Shown here: piece by piece, positions 9,899-19,887 of the stretch
Layout of the letters: each line of letters opens with the position of its first letter
How positions within the stretch are numbered: the first letter of the stretch is position 1
Virus record (IMG/VR): IMGVR_UViG_3300029258_004075
DNA: 64,000 bases
Strand: one strand, 5' to 3'
DNA from: an uncultured virus (IMG/VR IMGVR_UViG_3300029258_004075)
Taxonomy: Duplodnaviria > Heunggongvirae > Uroviricota > Caudoviricetes
Position numbers and translations under genes: made by a program
The notes under the pieces: model-generated
Databases searched by the model: none
The model's input: the letters and a program-made list of their open reading frames with translations, nothing else
What the model was told of the DNA's origin: nothing

Positions 9899-10344
9899 GA
9901 AAAACACCAATCATAACAGTCGATGGGAAACGTCTTGTAGAGAATTTGAAAGAAGCTAAAGCGAAAAGAGAAAATGACTACACCATCGATGACTTCACAA
10001 AAGCCCTTGAATCAACATCAAAAACAGGAATGCAGTGGAGATACAAACTTACGTATAATTTAAGTCAACTAGGAATGCCAAAATGGCACCCACATCACTT
10101 TGACGAATGTTATGTGCTGCACGCACCATATGAAGAGGCTTTCTACCTTGTCCATGAAGCAAGAAAGCAGTTATGGTATGTTTCCAATGACCTATATCTC
10201 GGTAAAGGAAACTATATAAGAATACACTCACCTAAAAACCTTCTCGATTTTATTCCGTTGCTCGAAGAAAGAACAAGAGGCAACATCACAACCAAAGACT
10301 TCCATTACAAATTGAACAGACTATCATTGGGAGAGAGAATATGA
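9895..10344 (+). CDS. N-tag family protein, probable ATA start
   Basis: In-frame (ATA)RKTPIITVDGKRLV upstream of the track start at 9946; GGAGG RBS. Confidence 0.7.
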   Translation: MRKTPIITVDGKRLVENLKEAKAKRENDYTIDDFTKALESTSKTGMQWRYKLTYNLSQLGMPKWHPHHFDECYVLHAPYEEAFYLVHEARKQLWYVSNDLYLGKGNYIRIHSPKNLLDFIPLLEERTRGNITTKDFHYKLNRLSLGERI

Positions 10345-10742
10345 TTAAAAGAACTCCAATCATAGACATTAGCACAGGACAGACAATTAAACATTTCCAA
10401 CAGCGGAGCAATTATACTGTATATCAAATTAGAATAAGAAGAGGAGATAGAATAGTAAAAGCAATAAAAAAAGACTTCAGTTATCCTACGAAGGAAGAGG
10501 CACTTAAGAGAGTAGAATACCTGTATGATAGAGATGCAAGCATTCCAGACCTGGGAGCAGCAATGGGTGCTCCTTCAGAGTGCTTTCAGCATTATGTAGA
10601 TTCTTATTACTTAATAAAGACAAAAGATGGAAGATGGTTAACAGTGTTATACGCATGTCCTGAGGACTGGGGCTCTTACATAGAAAAGGACAGGTGGATA
10701 GAGGTAGAAGAACCAAAAGTAGGAGAAAAGTGTTATTTATGA
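10341..10742 (+). CDS. N-tag family protein
   Basis: MIKRTPIIDISTG. Confidence 0.8.
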   Translation: MIKRTPIIDISTGQTIKHFQQRSNYTVYQIRIRRGDRIVKAIKKDFSYPTKEEALKRVEYLYDRDASIPDLGAAMGAPSECFQHYVDSYYLIKTKDGRWLTVLYACPEDWGSYIEKDRWIEVEEPKVGEKCYL

Positions 10743-11140
10743 TAAAGAAAACCCCTATTATTGATATCAATACCGGTGAAGTGATTGATGGTTTCAAAAG
10801 AAGAAAGAAAAGAGTAAAGAACTTCTTCAGATTAGTCAATCAAGACTTCCCTCCTTCGGAAGGAGGAATCAATCCGTTTCCACCGCAAGAAAGTAGTTGG
10901 AGAAGATTTGCAGAAGTATTTAATATAGGTGTATTGGATTTAGATTGTTTTGCGATGATGATGGGATATAATGATTTCCTTGACTTAGATATCAGCATAT
11001 CACCTCGTTCCTTGTTTAGGAGGGAAGTTTTGCAAAGAGAAGATTCAACCTTTTTTAATGCAATAAGGGAAGTATCACTAAAAGCGAGGGATAAAACAGG
11101 ATATGAAATTACACATATATTGGAAACAGAGGTATTCTAA
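10739..11140 (+). CDS. N-tag family protein
   Basis: MIKKTPIIDINTGEVI; ATGA overlap. Confidence 0.8.
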   Translation: MIKKTPIIDINTGEVIDGFKRRKKRVKNFFRLVNQDFPPSEGGINPFPPQESSWRRFAEVFNIGVLDLDCFAMMMGYNDFLDLDISISPRSLFRREVLQREDSTFFNAIREVSLKARDKTGYEITHILETEVF

Positions 11141-11547
11141 TGATTAAAAAAGTACCAATTATCGATATTAACGGTAAACGTCTCGTAGACCAGTACAAAA
11201 AAGGAAGAAAGCCGTTTCGCAAAAAAGTAAATAAGGCAAACTGGACTGGTGAAACAGTAGAAATACATGTCTATCCAAAAAAGAATAAAGTTATCATTGG
11301 AGGAAATGTAGAAGTAAAACTAGAAGAAGACAAGCAAAGTTATGAAGCTCTCCATATACCTGAATATAAACTATACTTCCATTATCTTCCCGTATCAAAA
11401 AAGGAGAAGGAAGAATGGGATTTCTTAGGAAGACTTTACAAAAGTGGAGCATATTGGACAGCAGTAGATGATTCTTATAATGGTCTTTCAAGAGAATCAA
11501 AAGATAAATGGGAAGCAATAGCCCAACTTGTGTGTAATGTGATATAG
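11140..11547 (+). CDS. N-tag family protein
   Basis: MIKKVPIIDINGKRLV. Confidence 0.8.
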   Translation: MIKKVPIIDINGKRLVDQYKKGRKPFRKKVNKANWTGETVEIHVYPKKNKVIIGGNVEVKLEEDKQSYEALHIPEYKLYFHYLPVSKKEKEEWDFLGRLYKSGAYWTAVDDSYNGLSRESKDKWEAIAQLVCNVI

Positions 11548-11548
11548 T

Positions 11549-11908
11549 ATGAAGAAAACACCTATTCTGCCGATTAAAGTAAAAGAATTTAAATTATCTT
11601 GGGAAAATAATAAACCAAGAACTTCACATTTGAGTACAGAAGAACTAATTAATTTCATATGGAATGTAACATGCGACCTATCAGATAGAAACTATATATT
11701 TTTACATAAATTATATCCTATCTTATACGATATTGGAGTGGCAAAAAAGAGAGTTAGAAACGGTATTAATTCTTGCGTCACAGATGAGCAACAAGAGATA
11801 TGGGAAGAATTACAAGCAATAGATAGAGAAGAACTAGAAGAATTATACAGGGTAGTATTTAGGAAATATTTAGAATATGGAAAAGCAGAATATGGTGATA
11901 TAATGTGA
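11549..11908 (+). CDS. N-tag family protein (PILPI variant)
   Basis: MKKTPILPIK. Confidence 0.75.
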   Translation: MKKTPILPIKVKEFKLSWENNKPRTSHLSTEELINFIWNVTCDLSDRNYIFLHKLYPILYDIGVAKKRVRNGINSCVTDEQQEIWEELQAIDREELEELYRVVFRKYLEYGKAEYGDIM

Positions 11909-12204
11909 TACATAAGGAAAGAATAGCAGAATATGAAAAACAAGACATTGTTCTATTTATTGTTTGGATACTCAGAAACATAGGTATAGATGCAGAAGCA
12001 CAACCTCTCATAGGGCAAGATTACTCGGATATGGGGTATAATTATAAACCTTCATGGGCTGTTGTTGTACCTAAGAAAGATGTAGAATACGCAGACCAAG
12101 CAATTGAAATATTATCTGAGTTTAATTGGACAGGAAAAGAAAGCGATAAAAAGATATTGCCAGTATACATTAAAGAAGTAGAAAGGAGGTTAGGAAAAAT
12201 ATGA
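11905..12204 (+). CDS. hypothetical protein
   Basis: GTGA overlap with previous gene. Confidence 0.65.
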   Translation: MIHKERIAEYEKQDIVLFIVWILRNIGIDAEAQPLIGQDYSDMGYNYKPSWAVVVPKKDVEYADQAIEILSEFNWTGKESDKKILPVYIKEVERRLGKI

Positions 12205-12782
12205 ATTGGAAGGACGATTTTTGGAATGTAAAGAAAAACGCTCCTACATTAGGATTAGGTGGAAGAGAAGCAATAGACTTATACAGGAAAGGAAGAGAAA
12301 AAGGAAGCGATTGCGTAATGACATATGAGAAATGGTCCAAAAGAGCAAAGAGGCTTGCAGATAAATTGCGTTCTTTTGGTTATCCACCTCATGAAATAAC
12401 AATTAGAAACGCTTGCTGGGGTGGAGGAGATGTTGAAGAGTTCATTAGAAGGCACACGGAAAGAGATAGTCCTTCTTACTACAAAAGCATGTATATCATA
12501 GATATTTATTGTGGTATTCCTCAAGACACACCTATTGGAAGACAACTTATTGAACGTGATGAACTACCACAGAATTATTGGTTGAGAATGGACTATAATA
12601 AACCCATCGAAGGCTGTAAAGTAAAAGGTCAACCATCATATACGTTCGAGGTATTGAATTACGGCTCAAAGACTTTCTCCGATTCTGATTACAGCGGATA
12701 CATTATTGGAGAAGCGTACGGAAATATAAGCTTTCAACCCCTCAATTATCCAACACTAACGGATTATAATGACGCGTGGTAA
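12201..12782 (+). CDS. hypothetical protein
   Basis: ATGA overlap. Confidence 0.7.
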   Translation: MNWKDDFWNVKKNAPTLGLGGREAIDLYRKGREKGSDCVMTYEKWSKRAKRLADKLRSFGYPPHEITIRNACWGGGDVEEFIRRHTERDSPSYYKSMYIIDIYCGIPQDTPIGRQLIERDELPQNYWLRMDYNKPIEGCKVKGQPSYTFEVLNYGSKTFSDSDYSGYIIGEAYGNISFQPLNYPTLTDYNDAW

Positions 12783-12783
12783 A

Positions 12784-13917
12784 ATGAAACTCTATTATTC
12801 ATACGGCTGGAAAAAACCATACTGCTTTACCGTCAAAGACAACTACTCCTATGCAAATAAAGAATGCATTGTAGATGGAGGTTTCTACCATTACAATATT
12901 AGTAGCCCCTGGCAACACATCAAATGGCTCTCTCAGTATGATTTTAAATTCATCATGGGCTTTGATTACTGTCCAAAAGATAAAGCAACCAGATACCTCA
13001 AAACACTCAAAGAAAAAGGTAAAGAGGTAGCGCCTATTGTACACGACATAAACAGTCTCTACGAAGTACCCGTCGAAACAGATTACATTGCAACCGACTG
13101 TTTAGATGTCCTCAAAGACAAAAACGGATATCAAGTACACTGGCTCGGCTCTTTACCATCACACCTCTACGGCAAAATTGACACAGCAGACATCAATCCA
13201 TACGAGAACTCCAAAGACTTTCTGCTTGAAAACATACGCAAAGCGAAAGACTACCCAATCAATCTTCCCGAAAAGACAAAGCGTCTCGGTGAATTCATGC
13301 TCTACGGCTCCTCCCTTTTCATTAACAATCCACAAGACTACGACCTACTCTACTATGGAAATTACACAGAAGAAGAAATAAAAGAAACGCTCCCTTCCAA
13401 CAAAAAATTTAGCATCTGCAAAGTAACAGAAGAAGAAATAGAGAAACCTGGTATAACCCATATCCTCTTCGGCTTTGAAAACGGAGTGGAGATAACACCT
13501 TGCCCACACATCCGTTCAATCTATAAAAAAGCAAAAGAAAACCTTCCAAACATTAAACATAAAGTAATAGGAAACAAAAACTTCATAGCATTCCGATACA
13601 TGAGAAACCTAGACCCTATCAAAGAATTCAAAACACTCCTCGTAGCCAACCACTACATCAACCAAAGTGAGCTCACACTATTCCTCTATAACCGTTTGCA
13701 CCTACTCTACCGTTATCTCCAAACGGCAGATAGAAAAGCACACTTATTACTCGACCGAGAACTACACTCTCGCTTTGGTATAGCACTCCAGCCAAACTTA
13801 ACTATGAAGCATGAAATTTATAAAAAGAAAGACATTCAAACTGCATATCAATCTTTCTTTAGACCCACATCAAATATCCTTATCGACGAAGAGCAAATAC
13901 AAATAAAGTTAGCGTGA
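12784..13917 (+). CDS. putative TGT/DpdA-like domain fused to Pol-beta-type nucleotidyltransferase
   Basis: VDGGF, FDYCP, PIVH, VHWLG, DTAD; then YGSS...DYDL. Confidence 0.45.
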   Translation: MKLYYSYGWKKPYCFTVKDNYSYANKECIVDGGFYHYNISSPWQHIKWLSQYDFKFIMGFDYCPKDKATRYLKTLKEKGKEVAPIVHDINSLYEVPVETDYIATDCLDVLKDKNGYQVHWLGSLPSHLYGKIDTADINPYENSKDFLLENIRKAKDYPINLPEKTKRLGEFMLYGSSLFINNPQDYDLLYYGNYTEEEIKETLPSNKKFSICKVTEEEIEKPGITHILFGFENGVEITPCPHIRSIYKKAKENLPNIKHKVIGNKNFIAFRYMRNLDPIKEFKTLLVANHYINQSELTLFLYNRLHLLYRYLQTADRKAHLLLDRELHSRFGIALQPNLTMKHEIYKKKDIQTAYQSFFRPTSNILIDEEQIQIKLA

Positions 13918-13921
13918 TAAT

Positions 13922-14488
13922 GTGAAAAGAATACCAATAGTACCCATCAAATTGTCCGATTGGAAGCAAAGAAAAGAACTCTTAAGAGACTTTCCAAAAG
14001 GTACTAGACTTCTCGTTAGAAAGGATATTTGGTTAAAAATGAATGATGAGACGGATAAAGGAGAATGGATTGTTTCTAAGGAAGAACCCGAGTTACACAA
14101 CGGAGGCTTACAGAGAGGAACAGTACTCCTTTATGACCATGATTATTTCCCTCCAATTATTGGTCAAAAAGGTCTCAATTTCATTATAGAATCAACAGGA
14201 CAACAAGCAGAATTTGTGAAAGAAGATATTGTACGATTAAGAAGACAAAGAGCATTGGTAATAATTGAAGAAATGGAACACAATCATTTCGAAGAGCTAA
14301 AAGAAGAAGTAGAAAGAAAAATTGAAGGTATGATTATTTATCACTATGGTGAAAGAAATTGGTACAGACTCTCAAAGAAGCAACGATATCAAATAATAGA
14401 AAATATAGTAAGAGATACTGCTCCATCAAGTGCTACTGAAGAAGAAATTAACAAAATCATCAAAATAGAACAATCAGAAGAAGGTTGA
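13922..14488 (+). CDS. N-tag family protein (PIVPI variant)
   Basis: GTG start; MKRIPIVPIK. Confidence 0.75.
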   Translation: MKRIPIVPIKLSDWKQRKELLRDFPKGTRLLVRKDIWLKMNDETDKGEWIVSKEEPELHNGGLQRGTVLLYDHDYFPPIIGQKGLNFIIESTGQQAEFVKEDIVRLRRQRALVIIEEMEHNHFEELKEEVERKIEGMIIYHYGERNWYRLSKKQRYQIIENIVRDTAPSSATEEEINKIIKIEQSEEG

Positions 14489-14495
14489 AATAAAA

Positions 14496-14741
14496 ATGTG
14501 GAATATCGATTTAAGAAAGACTCCCTTCAGAGAGATGAGAGAGACAGGACAAATACTAACGTTTCCAAAAAGAAAAGGATTCACAAAAAAGAAAGTAGAT
14601 AATTTCCGTAAAAAAGAGTTGAATTATCCTTTAGCATGGGAGATAAAAGAAACAAAAACATCATATTTGCTTGTGTACAGCAAGCATCTATTTAGGAAAC
14701 ATTACACTAATTACTATGATGTCCAATCACCTTATGTGTAG
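14496..14741 (+). CDS. hypothetical protein
   Basis: Tightly packed ORF. Confidence 0.65.
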   Translation: MWNIDLRKTPFREMRETGQILTFPKRKGFTKKKVDNFRKKELNYPLAWEIKETKTSYLLVYSKHLFRKHYTNYYDVQSPYV

Positions 14742-14752
14742 GAGATAAAAAT

Positions 14753-14869
14753 ATGGTAAGAGCAGGATATGGAAAAAAAGATGGAAGCCGACGTGGCAGA
14801 AAAGCAGGCGGAAGAGGTCGTAATCGAACATCAACTTGCAGACACCCGAGAACAAAGCGTAGACGATAA
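14753..14869 (+). CDS. Arg/Gly-rich basic peptide, homologous to part of the 22718 protein
   Basis: MVRAGYGKKDGSRRGRKAGGRGRNRTSTCRHPRTKRRR; AGGAG RBS. Confidence 0.7.
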   Translation: MVRAGYGKKDGSRRGRKAGGRGRNRTSTCRHPRTKRRR

Positions 14870-14870
14870 T

Positions 14871-15215
14871 ATGATAAAAAAAGTTCCAATAATACCTATA
14901 GATATCACTAAAACAATCTATTATTACGACAAATGGTATAATATTCCTGGTTGGTCTTTTAACAGAATAGCCTCTTGCAAGGGACAAGAATACTCAGAGT
15001 ACCTTTGGCACACAAATAAACTTGTAAGAAAGGATGTTAATATGTTTTTTTATCACGGGCCTGCTTGCACAGTACAGGTTTTATATTTCGATGATGAATG
15101 GAGGGTTAGTGCTCATGAAGGACCAAAGATTGTTCTTAAACAGAAAAAATTTAAAAGTAAAGAAAAGGCATTTGAGTACGCATATAATTTCATGATTAAC
15201 AATAGGTATGATTGA
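14871..15215 (+). CDS. N-tag family protein
   Basis: MIKKVPIIPIDI. Confidence 0.75.
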   Translation: MIKKVPIIPIDITKTIYYYDKWYNIPGWSFNRIASCKGQEYSEYLWHTNKLVRKDVNMFFYHGPACTVQVLYFDDEWRVSAHEGPKIVLKQKKFKSKEKAFEYAYNFMINNRYD

Positions 15216-15216
15216 T

Positions 15217-15597
15217 ATGAAAAAGACACCTATCATAGAAATAAAACCGACAGCTTTCAATAAGATTAAAGAAAACATCAAAAAGATGTTACCGGAAAAG
15301 AAAGAAACAATAATTAAGCATATAAACGAAACACTATACAACGCACGCAAAGTTTGGCCTTACGGTGATATAGAGTTGTTTCTTCTAAATGAGAAACTGT
15401 ATGCTTTAGTGTGCGGTGAAGGAAAGCGAGGAGCCGGAAAATATGTACTTGTTTATGATGCTAGCAAAAAATATCTTGACAATAAATGGCGAATAGTGTC
15501 AAGCGAATCACTTTATGGAACTAGATTCGGAAGCATGGTAGATAAATTAACAGGTTGTGGTTCACACGCAAAACATATAGGATGGATAAAGTGTTAA
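15217..15597 (+). CDS. N-tag family protein
   Basis: MKKTPIIEIK (alternative start 15208). Confidence 0.75.
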   Translation: MKKTPIIEIKPTAFNKIKENIKKMLPEKKETIIKHINETLYNARKVWPYGDIELFLLNEKLYALVCGEGKRGAGKYVLVYDASKKYLDNKWRIVSSESLYGTRFGSMVDKLTGCGSHAKHIGWIKC

Positions 15598-15598
15598 C

Positions 15599-15922
15599 AT
15601 GATAAAAAAGACACCTATCATTGACATAAGCGGAAAAGACCTCATTGACCTCTGGAACAAGCGAGACCGTTGGCGTTTAGTCATGAATGCACCACACGCC
15701 ATCAAATGGGAATACGAAAACCATGACGAGGCAATTCAGGTGTGGAAAGACGTTAAAGAAAACCGGTGGTTAGTAACCCTTATCAACAAAAACAAAGAAA
15801 CGGGAACCTGGGGTAAAATTGACAAAGGCAGAAAAGGCCTTTGGTCAAAGGAAGAGGCAATGGAAAAAGCAAGAACGTACATGAAAGAGCGTGTAATGTA
15901 CGAGGAGCGAGACAATGATTAA
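15599..15922 (+). CDS. N-tag family protein
   Basis: MIKKTPIIDISGK. Confidence 0.8.
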   Translation: MIKKTPIIDISGKDLIDLWNKRDRWRLVMNAPHAIKWEYENHDEAIQVWKDVKENRWLVTLINKNKETGTWGKIDKGRKGLWSKEEAMEKARTYMKERVMYEERDND

Positions 15923-16334
15923 GCGTGTACCTATAATTGATGTCAATACTGGTGAAGTGATTAGAAAATGGTCTTCAGGTAAGATGCAAGAGATTAATGG
16001 ACTGACGCAAGAAAACTTAGAAAAATTCTTTAGAAAGAGAGAAGGATGGAACGTAATAAGAACAAGGAAAGGATTTACAAAAACACACGGTATTTTTGTA
16101 TGCGCAAGATATAAAAATGATATAGAGATATCAGTTATGGCAGGAGAAGGTCTTTATTCTAGTCCAAGAAAAAAGGCAGAAAAATACCAAACTGTAGAAG
16201 TAGCAATTTTTGATAAAAATGATGAATGGATTACAAAGAGGTCAAGGCATTCGGATTCAGAAGCGCCAGTGATAGGATATGTAGGTGAACCTGAATTAAT
16301 TAGAATCGTTAGTGAAATAGAAAGGATGAGATAA
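15915..16334 (+). CDS. N-tag family protein
   Basis: MIKRVPIIDVNTGEVI. Confidence 0.8.
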   Translation: MIKRVPIIDVNTGEVIRKWSSGKMQEINGLTQENLEKFFRKREGWNVIRTRKGFTKTHGIFVCARYKNDIEISVMAGEGLYSSPRKKAEKYQTVEVAIFDKNDEWITKRSRHSDSEAPVIGYVGEPELIRIVSEIERMR

Positions 16335-16339
16335 TTAAT

Positions 16340-16681
16340 ATGATAAAGAAAATACCCGTTATAGACGTTAACTCCGGTCACATTATACGAGAAAGGAAGA
16401 AGATTAAGATATTACCTCTAGGATGGAAAATGATAAAAAGAAAGAAAAATAATATTTCCTTTCAAGCAGATGACGGAACAACAATCATTTGTTGGACGAG
16501 ACCGAAATATAAGGGTTGGTATGTTGCTATAAGTAGAGATAATCCATATTATACAGGAGAAGAAGACGAAGAGGAAATGGATATTGATATTTACGAATTT
16601 GTAAAGACCAAAAAACAAGCCCTTGATTATGCATATAAATACATGAAAGAAAATAATGAAGAAAATACTCCTTTCTGGTGA
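16340..16681 (+). CDS. N-tag family protein
   Basis: MIKKIPVIDVNSG. Confidence 0.8.
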   Translation: MIKKIPVIDVNSGHIIRERKKIKILPLGWKMIKRKKNNISFQADDGTTIICWTRPKYKGWYVAISRDNPYYTGEEDEEEMDIDIYEFVKTKKQALDYAYKYMKENNEENTPFW

Positions 16682-16685
16682 TGTA

Positions 16686-17066
16686 ATGATTAAAAGAATC
16701 CCAATTATAGATATTAACACCGGTAAAGTAATTAGAGAGCGTCAAAGAAATAAACCCGTGTTTTATTCAGATGCAGGAACAAGGTTCTTAGAATTACATC
16801 ATCATTCGACAAAGAACAAATTGGATGTGAAAGACGCTCCTGAAAGAGTACAGGAAGATTATTATCATCATCTCTTAATACTCGCTGTAGATACTTTTCA
16901 AAATAGAACAGGAGAAGATATTTTTCTCCTCGGTCGTTCAGGAAGGCACGTTTGCGTTAGGGACACAGAAGCAAATAGAAGAAGATATGGTTATCTAAAG
17001 AGATTAGCGGAAACATTAGAAAGAGAATTAATCACGGAATTCAATCAAGCAGAATTTGATGAATAG
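16686..17066 (+). CDS. N-tag family protein
   Basis: MIKRIPIIDINTGKVI. Confidence 0.8.
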   Translation: MIKRIPIIDINTGKVIRERQRNKPVFYSDAGTRFLELHHHSTKNKLDVKDAPERVQEDYYHHLLILAVDTFQNRTGEDIFLLGRSGRHVCVRDTEANRRRYGYLKRLAETLERELITEFNQAEFDE

Positions 17067-17108
17067 GTGTTTTAAGTATGATAAATATGAAACACAGGAT
17101 ATGATAGC

Positions 17109-17519
17109 GTGAAAAAAGAGCCAATAATTCCAATTAAAGTTGATGATTTTATACAAAGATATGAAGAACGAAAAGAAATGAAGCCTTTTCAGCTATTAGA
17201 GAAAAAATATATTTCTTTCTTAAAGGAAGGATGTAAAGATGGGATTTATTCTGAACCCAACGAACAGAAAAGAATAAAGAATGTTATGTATGATGTCCGC
17301 TCAAGATTTTATGAATTGTTTGGACATACATATCCAGATAAAGTATATGTTGGTTATATAAATGAAGGTCGTAGATATATAAAAGAACTTGTTCTTTTTA
17401 AACCAAACACACCTTGGGGTATACATTGGCTTATTTTTGATAAAGTGAAAGAAAAGGGATATGTTGTGTTTGATGATAAAGAGCACTATAGAAATATAGA
17501 AGTAAGGAGGTTACTATAA
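17109..17519 (+). CDS. N-tag family protein (PIIPI variant)
   Basis: GTG start; MKKEPIIPIK. Confidence 0.75.
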   Translation: MKKEPIIPIKVDDFIQRYEERKEMKPFQLLEKKYISFLKEGCKDGIYSEPNEQKRIKNVMYDVRSRFYELFGHTYPDKVYVGYINEGRRYIKELVLFKPNTPWGIHWLIFDKVKEKGYVVFDDKEHYRNIEVRRLL

Positions 17520-17809
17520 TGAAGAGAACACCAATCATCGACATTAACACAGGAAAGGTAATTACGTCTTGGGAAAAAAGAAGAAAGAACAACACAACCA
17601 TTCCTTCAAAAACCAAAATCTTTACACATGCTAAATACGTGAACTCAAGCGGTGATACCATTAGGGAGATAATCATTGAAAGGTATAATAAACAAGGAGT
17701 ACCAGTTAGAATAGAAACCGCCGTCATGGAAGGAAACAGCATCATAGAGGCCAGTAATCTAACTCCAAATGAAAGAAATATAATTAAAAGAAGATATGGA
17801 AGAAAATAA
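17519..17809 (+). CDS. N-tag family protein
   Basis: MKRTPIIDINTGKVI. Confidence 0.8.
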   Translation: MKRTPIIDINTGKVITSWEKRRKNNTTIPSKTKIFTHAKYVNSSGDTIREIIIERYNKQGVPVRIETAVMEGNSIIEASNLTPNERNIIKRRYGRK

Positions 17810-17811
17810 GT

Positions 17812-18201
17812 ATGAAAAAGACACCAATCATAGATATAAATACAGGCGAAATTATCAAAGAAATGAAAGAGAACCGTCCGCAGCGAATATTAGAGTACAT
17901 AGAGGAACAGTTACCGCATGGCTCTGGGATAGATTACGCGTGGAATATTGAGGACAAAGGAAACTATATCAAATGTGAGAATGCATATCACACAATGAAC
18001 GAAGATGGGTTCTACGATGCAATCGTCGACTTCTCGCTCATCATACCGAAAGACAAACCAGAAAAGTTCCGCTTACACTTTCATGGAAAAGTGCATTACA
18101 TTGTCGAAAAGTATATGTTGAGAAACTATTTAGAAGACCTATTTGCTCTATTTATCTATGATATACTTGAAAAGCATGGAAACATATTTAAGAGGGTTTG
18201 A
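17812..18201 (+). CDS. N-tag family protein
   Basis: MKKTPIIDINTGEII; body contains LPHGSGID. Confidence 0.8.
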   Translation: MKKTPIIDINTGEIIKEMKENRPQRILEYIEEQLPHGSGIDYAWNIEDKGNYIKCENAYHTMNEDGFYDAIVDFSLIIPKDKPEKFRLHFHGKVHYIVEKYMLRNYLEDLFALFIYDILEKHGNIFKRV

Positions 18202-18203
18202 AC

Positions 18204-18506
18204 ATGATTAAGAAAGTTCCTATTATTGATATTTCAGGGCGCAAAGGAGTGGAATTGTGGAAAGGAAGGAATGACGTACGTTCTTGCTGGAGCCTGGTAA
18301 AAGATACACAACTGTCTAAAGTTTGGAGACATAAAGAAAAAGAAATAGAAATTATTGTTCGCGAGACATCACAAGAAACGATACATCCTTTTGAAGTTTA
18401 TTATTGCAATTATGAAGAACATATATGCAGAAGAATTGGTGGATATGATACAATGAAAGAAGGAATCAAAGAGGCAAAGGAATATATGGGGAGATTCATT
18501 AAATGA
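18204..18506 (+). CDS. N-tag family protein
   Basis: MIKKVPIIDISGR. Confidence 0.8.
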   Translation: MIKKVPIIDISGRKGVELWKGRNDVRSCWSLVKDTQLSKVWRHKEKEIEIIVRETSQETIHPFEVYYCNYEEHICRRIGGYDTMKEGIKEAKEYMGRFIK

Positions 18507-18793
18507 TAAAGCGCGTTCCGATTATTGATATCAACACGGGAGAAGTCATTAGAAATTGGAAGCATAAAAAAAGACATCCACTAATCACACCAATAGCGTA
18601 TGAGTATTTCGCTGTCAATGAGTTACTTGAAATGGGCTTAAAACCAAAAGAAATCAATAAACTTGTTTATGTTAGAGAAAACCCGGAAGAATTTCTCACA
18701 ATCGATGATGTTAGAGAATTTGTTGGTGTTAACTTAGATGCAGCTTTGATAAGAGATACATTTTTAGAGGATGTGTGGTCTGTAAATGATTAA
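18503..18793 (+). CDS. N-tag family protein
   Basis: MIKRVPIIDINTGEVI. Confidence 0.8.
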   Translation: MIKRVPIIDINTGEVIRNWKHKKRHPLITPIAYEYFAVNELLEMGLKPKEINKLVYVRENPEEFLTIDDVREFVGVNLDAALIRDTFLEDVWSVND

Positions 18794-18814
18794 GAAAGCA
18801 AAAGGAGACATGAA

Positions 18815-19204
18815 ATGATAAAGCGCATACCCATTATAGACATCAATACGGGTAAAACCATTAGAGCATTTGAGAGAAATAAAGCAATGCCTTCTTGGGC
18901 TGTAGTTGTGAGACCGACAGAAGAGCAAATGCATGATATAAAACATCACCTTGAAATGCATAATACACAAGACCTCTCTCTTACGCTTGAAGTATTAAAA
19001 CAGATTATAGAAGTTTATTATGTAAGAGCACCTACAGCAGAGGAAGCAGAAAAAGAAATTGTTGGTGTTTATACACCTCCCGAGAATATGAGGGAAGACC
19101 CTTCTAATGGCTTTGTAATTGATGTTTATAGATTAAAAAATAATCCTTATAGGAGCAAGGTGCACATTGCAGAATTTCAAGAAAAAATAAAATGGATAAG
19201 GTGA
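18815..19204 (+). CDS. N-tag family protein
   Basis: MIKRIPIIDINTGKTI. Confidence 0.8.
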   Translation: MIKRIPIIDINTGKTIRAFERNKAMPSWAVVVRPTEEQMHDIKHHLEMHNTQDLSLTLEVLKQIIEVYYVRAPTAEEAEKEIVGVYTPPENMREDPSNGFVIDVYRLKNNPYRSKVHIAEFQEKIKWIR

Positions 19205-19210
19205 ATAGAA

Positions 19211-19528
19211 ATGGTATTATATGTAGGAATAGCAGACGCATACGGCTTAGACGCCTTTGCTAAGGAAGGAGAAGCACCAGTAGGAATGCTTGCCTTAAGA
19301 GCACAACAAAACCGTCATCGGCATGCTATGGTGTTTAGAATAAATGTCTCAAAAGAAGACGGAAAGATGCTGGAAGACCTTTTCAAGAAAGACTATAAAA
19401 AAGCACTACTCAAAATCAAAGAACTGGAAAAACAAGGTAAGTGCGATGTAGCATTACATCAAGCAGGGCCTCGGAAACAAGCAGAAAAACGCTGGAGCAA
19501 AATTCCAAATGAGGATTTAGTATGGTGA
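19211..19528 (+). CDS. hypothetical protein
   Basis: AGGTGA RBS. Confidence 0.7.
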   Translation: MVLYVGIADAYGLDAFAKEGEAPVGMLALRAQQNRHRHAMVFRINVSKEDGKMLEDLFKKDYKKALLKIKELEKQGKCDVALHQAGPRKQAEKRWSKIPNEDLVW

Positions 19529-19887
19529 AGAGAGTTCCAATAATTGATATCAACACAGGAAAAGTAATAAAGAACTTTGAGACATTTAGAAGAAAGGAAA
19601 AAGAAAGAGTTAACCGGGTTCTTCAATACCTATCTGAACCTGAGAAAAATAAGTTCAAAGACATAACAAAAAATTGCAGATTATTAACAAGAGAAGAGAA
19701 GGAAAAATTATATGAAAAGCATCATAATCTTTCCTCTCCATATTATCCTACACAACGTATCGCAGAGCTTGATTCTATTGAAGGAATACTTGTTGTCTTA
19801 CGAGTAGGTAACAAAGGATACATTGTACTTTCTACACCCCTTCCTGACATAACTTTAGAAGACTTATGGTTCGAGATGAAAGCATGA
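19522..19887 (+). CDS. N-tag family protein
   Basis: MVKRVPIIDINTGKVI. Confidence 0.8.
   Translation: MVKRVPIIDINTGKVIKNFETFRRKEKERVNRVLQYLSEPEKNKFKDITKNCRLLTREEKEKLYEKHHNLSSPYYPTQRIAELDSIEGILVVLRVGNKGYIVLSTPLPDITLEDLWFEMKA

Noticed and set aside
14769..14870. N-terminal extension of ORF 14769-15215
   Set aside because: The tag starts at ATG 14871; the upstream DNA is better explained by the basic peptide 14753-14869 in another frame.
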